From NCBI RefSeq assembly GCF_009914755.1, contig NC_060941.1: a stretch of 64,000 nucleotides of DNA. The stretch is one strand, 5' to 3'. This document shows, piece by piece, positions 58,753 through 64,000 of the stretch (position 1 is the stretch's first letter; each line of letters begins with the position of its first letter). A program made the position numbers and the translations under genes. The stretch is from the human T2T-CHM13v2.0 reference genome, Homo sapiens. The notes below the pieces were generated by a model. That model saw nothing but the letters and a program-made list of their open reading frames with translations. It did not search any database and was not told the origin of the DNA.

Positions 58753-60347
58753 CTGTCCACTCCCTGAATGCCTGCAGGGACAAGGGCTGACTGTTTTCAA
58801 AGGCAGGCCATTCCACATGGTCCTTCCACTGAGCTGGAACCTGCTTCTGTGTACCACCCGCCCTTGCATCCTAGCAGTGCCAGGGCCCCAGAAGAGCAGC
58901 TCTGAACCAGATAAGGAACCAACTCTCCTCCTCCCCTCCTCCTGGATCCTGCCTCCGGCTCCCAGCCGGAAGAAGTCAGGGGCAGGCTAGGCCCGGCACT
59001 ACTTGCACGTGTGGTATGCCATCCCATGCTCTTGGTCACCCACTTGAGCGTGTCCAAAGTCTAAGATGATGCAGGGGCTCTTCACAGAGACGGTCACAAC
59101 TTCCTGGGTGTGCCAGGTGGTGGCCAGGAGAGGCTCTGGCCCCCAACTGAAAACCACAGCAGGGGCTGCTCAGGGAGAGCTTTCTGATCTCCTTGTGGGC
59201 TTCCTGGAGAACCGGAGGCCCAGAGTGGCCAGCCCTGCAGGACCTCTTGCTTGCTCATCCAGCTCTCCCCTCTGCAGGAGGGGAGGGGGTGCCCTGTCCT
59301 GGGCTTTCTTTTGCCAATGTGGCCACACTACACCAGCCCATGCAGTCCAGGGTTAAGGCAGAAAGACTGGGGTGGGGAGTCACTCCAAACTCTGGCCTCC
59401 GCACTCCCTAAAGGAAAGGCTGGTTCTCCAGAAGGACAGATCAAGCAATGATACCCCCTCCTCTTATTTGCATACCTGTCCCTGGCAGCAGATTTGTGTC
59501 AACATCCCCAGGGCAAGACAATCTTGTTTCCCCAACAAAACCGATTATGCACATCAGGCCCTGGGATTAATCACCAGCCACAGGGTTGGAGCCAATAAAA
59601 CAGGCGGAGATGGGAGGATAAGAGCAGAAAGGAGGGAGTGCCTGCCCCAGTCTGTGGCTGCGAGGAAAGGCTGGAGGCCAGGGTGGCCTGGGTGAGGGGC
59701 TGCTTCCCTGCTGGCAGCAGATCCACCCTTGCTGAGACCCTATTCTCTTTCCCTGCTCTTCCTTCTCCCCACCTGGCAATGTCCCGGCAGGGAAAGGCCA
59801 GTCAGGCCCAAGAGCTCCATGGCACGGGCACAGATAGGAAGTGAAGATAAGCTCAAGAGGCCCTGAGAGGGCCATCTCTGTGTCCCACCTGAATTTCCCA
59901 TAGATAGAAGATGTCCCCTCCTTCACTGATCCCAGGTTGCTGCAGAGCCCACCCCTCCATTGGACCCAGGCCCCACAACAAGAGTCCCCTGGAGATGGCA
60001 GTGTTCGAGAGAGTGAGCAGGGGGCCACAGTCACAGCCACAGCCACAGCTGCTGTTAGTGAGTCCCTGTGCCCAACACCACCTCTGCTCCTATGCACTGT
60101 GGTACAGACCATCCTGTCCAGGCAGCGCTGGCCCCTGGTCCACAACCCAGCCATCCTCTGCAGGGATCAGTAGGGTGGAGCCATCTCACCTTGGGGCAGG
60201 GCTGCCTTTGCCACTCACTTCCAGAACTCCAGGCTCTAGGAGCCCTGAGCCCCACACTGTCACACAAACCCCCTCCTCACCATGCCCTCTTCAAAGCAGG
60301 GCAGTGGTCCTGGCAGCCAGGAGGAAGGGCGGGGAGGGGCAGTTTAC

Positions 60348-60507
60348 CTGTATTCCAGGGAGAACTTGGTCAGCTCCCTGTTGTTGTGGAGCCACTTGAA
60401 CTCCAGCGGCCAGCTGCCCTCGGCCATGCATGTAAGCACCAGGCGGTTTCCTTCCAAGTGCACCTGTGTCCGCACAGGCTCTGTCTTGAAATACGGGGAC
60501 ACATCAT
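60348..60507 (-). CDS. SDK2: Sidekick-2 coding exon 2 (160 nt), first half of Ig1: (D)[52 protein letters not shown](R)
   Basis: Acceptor tttctgcag|ATGATG, donor TACAG|gtaaac. Open frame with the Ig B-strand Cys and C-strand Trp. Phase 1 in, phase 2 out. Not reported in the ORF track in this frame. Confidence 0.96.
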
Positions 60508-62417
60508 CTGCAGAAACAGGGAGACAAAGCCACCAGTGATCACTTGCTCACCTATGTGACCTGGTGCGTTTAGTATCCTAAGGCCCTTAGGCAGATGGAG
60601 CAGGTGCAGCCAGGTAATTTGCCCAAGGTCCCGTGGCTGGGAGGGACTTGAACCTGGGTCAGTCTGACTCCAAGGCTTGGTCTTCAGCGGGAGTCACCGA
60701 CATCTGCCAACCAGAGCCCTGCCTCCTTCCTCCCCAGACCACGCTGGGCTATTGCCCTGCTGCCAGCCCACACTCCAGCATCTTCTGTCACTTCCCTCTC
60801 AGCATACACATCCACTCCATCCACTCTGCTCATGGGTTCCCCCTCCAGGGCAGGAGGCAAGAGGGGCACTTTCTGTGGCCCAGCCAAAGGGAATATCAAT
60901 GTCACAAGGAGAATAGGGAGGCAGATTGACAACTGTAGGGGGTAAAGGGTCTCCTGAGTCCTGCTCCCCAAGGCTGGGGGAAGCCCTCAAAGTGTCAATC
61001 ACAGAGTCCATCCAGCAGGGCCCCATGGCCACCAGCTGCCTGTTTCTTCCATCCTGGGTCCTGGAGCCAGCCTGCCTCTACCTCCCCGTTCACTCTAGGC
61101 TGGCCGCCTGGTTGCCCAGATGATGGGTGAAGAGCAGAACAGCTGCTTCCCCCTCTCTGCAGTCACCCTTATCCTCTGAGCTGACTCAGCCTCGCAGACC
61201 TCCCTGCCCCGCCACGGTTCTCTCGACAGAGACCGTGAATTTCGCCCCAGACTTCACAAGACTGCTCAGCTGGCTGATCTGGATGGAAATGGGGCCTCTG
61301 CCCTTCTGGCCAGTGTGGGAGAGGGTGGACATGAGTGTACACAAGGGAACTGATGGAACAATGGGGGAGACGGAGGGAAGGGGAGGGGCTCTAATCCGTC
61401 AAGGAGATACCTGCCTTTTTGTGGATAGGGTGGGGCCGGGCGGCAGGAGCCAGCATCTGGTAACAATATCCACAAAGATGACAGCACCTGCTCTGTTCCG
61501 GGCTGTTCTAGGGGCTCTACCATATGCTCGTCTAATCTTCACAGCAACCTCATGACTAGACAGGATTACAATCTACATTTTGGAGAGGGGACACCAAGGC
61601 CTCGAGGGGTTAGAAACCTGCCCAAGGTCACACAACTGGGCGGGAGGTGCTCAGCCCCACAGACAGCTTCAGAGCTGGAGCACTTGAGCCCACACCTCCC
61701 TCCGTGAAGCCAAAACCGGGGTGGGAGGAGAGGACAGATATCAGGGAAGAACCTGCAGATGCCCAGAGCTTGTGCCAATGAGCCTTGCATTTGACAGATT
61801 CGAGGGAGTGGGTTCTAGAAAGCACCACTCAACAGCTCACCTAGTGAGCACCTACTATGTGCCACGGGCTTGAGGCAGCAGCCGGCGGGGGGGAGTCCAG
61901 GCTTGCCAGCCCAACTCCATGCACCTTCCAGTGACCACACTGTGCCCAGAGGGGTGGGATGTAATTAAAGCTGTGCAGGCTGCTGCTGTCAGGGTAGGCC
62001 CTGGGCACCCCGACCTTCAGGCCAGTGGTGGGGGGTCTGTCATCTACGGACTTGTCTACGTTCACTCCACCGCTTCCCAGCGGCGTGCGGTGGACAAGCG
62101 TTCCTTTATCTGAGTCTCTATTTCTCTATCAGTGGACACAGGAAAAGAAATAGCTACCTTCACGTCTAAGGATGGAAGGAAATAGTGATGGTGAAAATGC
62201 TGGCTCTGTGCCCGGCCCAGAGTACATGTTCTGCCAATGTTCATTTCCTTCCTGAACCCTAAAGTACGGTGTCCCCTCCAGGGAAGGGGCTCCACCACCC
62301 TCAGTGCTGGCTGATGCCCCAGGCCCATCTTGGTCAGACAGCTAACTTTACCCTGTGAGCCTGGAAGGTGGAAAACACCAGACAGCCTTCTTTTGGCTTA
62401 AGAAATGGAACAAACCA

Positions 62418-62893
<476 letters not shown>

Positions 62894-63417
62894 CTAGGGA
62901 GGGGGCAGTTTGCAGCTGGAAGGGAGTGGACCCAGGTGGTAGCTGGCTGTGGCTGGGTGCAGCGGGCCTTCTCCTGCACCCCAGGCTGGAGCATAAGGAA
63001 GGCCCAGAGCCCAGGACCCAGGTCTATCCTCTCACCATCAGATCTGCCCAGTACTGGACATCCTGGTCTTTGGTCAGGTTCAGCCCTTGTTTCCAGGCCT
63101 CACTGGGTTCAGGTAGAGATTCACAACTTAACAGAAGCCATCATATACATGTGGGGCCCAAGTCAGCTGGCCCTGCTGCACAGCACCCCCAAACCTTGCA
63201 CCCCACAGGCCTGAGGGCTCAATCTTATTAATATATAACCTGCGGCAGGTTGGGAGGCTTTTCCTTGAACTCCCACCCTGGCTGCTACTAACCCTCACTG
63301 TGGGGACCACCAGAGGGGCAAACCTGAGGGTGGCCTCAGGGTGGCTCAGAGGGCAGCTGCTGCCCAGAGGCTGCCTTCGACTGCTCCCTCTACGTCTGTC
63401 TGACTGCTGATGTTTCA

Positions 63418-63703
63418 TTTTGTTTTGGAGACAGGGTCTCGGTCGGTTGCCTAGGCTGCAGTGCAGTAGCATAATGTTGGCTCACCGCAGCCTCGACCTC
63501 TGGGGCGCAGGTGATCCCTCCACCTCAGCCTCCTGAGTAGCTGAGATCACAGGCGTGCACCACCAGCTAACTTTTGTATTTTTAGTAGAGATGGGGTTTC
63601 ACCATGCTGGCCAGGCTGGTCTTGAACTCCTGACCTCAAATGATCTGCCTGCCTCAGCCTCCCAAACTGCTGGGATTAGACGCCTGAGCCACCATGCCCG
63701 GCT
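63418..63703 (-). mobile_element. Alu
   Basis: Antisense dimer; TSD TGCT(G/A)ATGTTTCA. Confidence 0.88.
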
Positions 63704-64000
63704 TGCTAATGTTTCAATCATGCATCTCTCCCTGCTCATTCATGCACATCTTTCCATTGCTCTTAACAAGCGTCAGGTGAACGCAGCGTCTTAAAAACAG
63801 TTGAGAAGATGCTTCTTTCTGAGTGTGGACTTGGAGGTGTGACTACCACTGCTGGTCCCTTCCAGGGGCACTTGTGCCTCCAGGGTCTTAGGCCACCTCT
63901 GGCCAGGTGCTAGGGAGGATGGAGAGGCTGATGGGCACCCATTTGCCAAGGAAAAGGACCCACTGCCCGCCGCCCGGCTGGCAGCAGCCAGCTCTGCTCT

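Noticed and set aside
63307-63321. CTCF-like CCACCAGAGGGGCA
   Set aside because: Mismatch at the conserved GGC core; similar near-misses at 32140 and 54029 are expected by chance.

Overview
Primate (almost certainly human) genomic DNA. The whole window lies inside the Sidekick-2 cell adhesion gene (SDK2), which is transcribed on the minus strand. Four coding exons are present: 60348-60507, 25065-25171, 8852-8999 and 564-697. All have GT-AG boundaries and splice in frame into Ig domains 1 and 2 ([15 protein letters not shown]...SQPITLTVE). The signal-peptide exon lies beyond the right edge and later exons beyond the left edge. The rest is intron, rich in Alu, MIR, L1/L2, MaLR/ERVL LTRs, MER/Tigger DNA transposons and simple repeats. 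Long ORFs in the supplied track are artefacts of Alus and low-complexity DNA. I found no convincing new gene or system. The best leads are: (1) exon-phase symmetry that allows an in-frame Ig1/Ig2 chimera or stop-free circRNAs, with weak splice sites and a four-tier G-quadruplex beside exon 4; (2) a 14-copy CAT-spacer VNTR grown from a MIR tail; (3) an ~880-bp polypyrimidine tract; (4) a short local duplication inserted into an MLT2 LTR; (5) several motif-dense candidate enhancers. Repeat boundaries and subfamily names were assigned by eye and are approximate.
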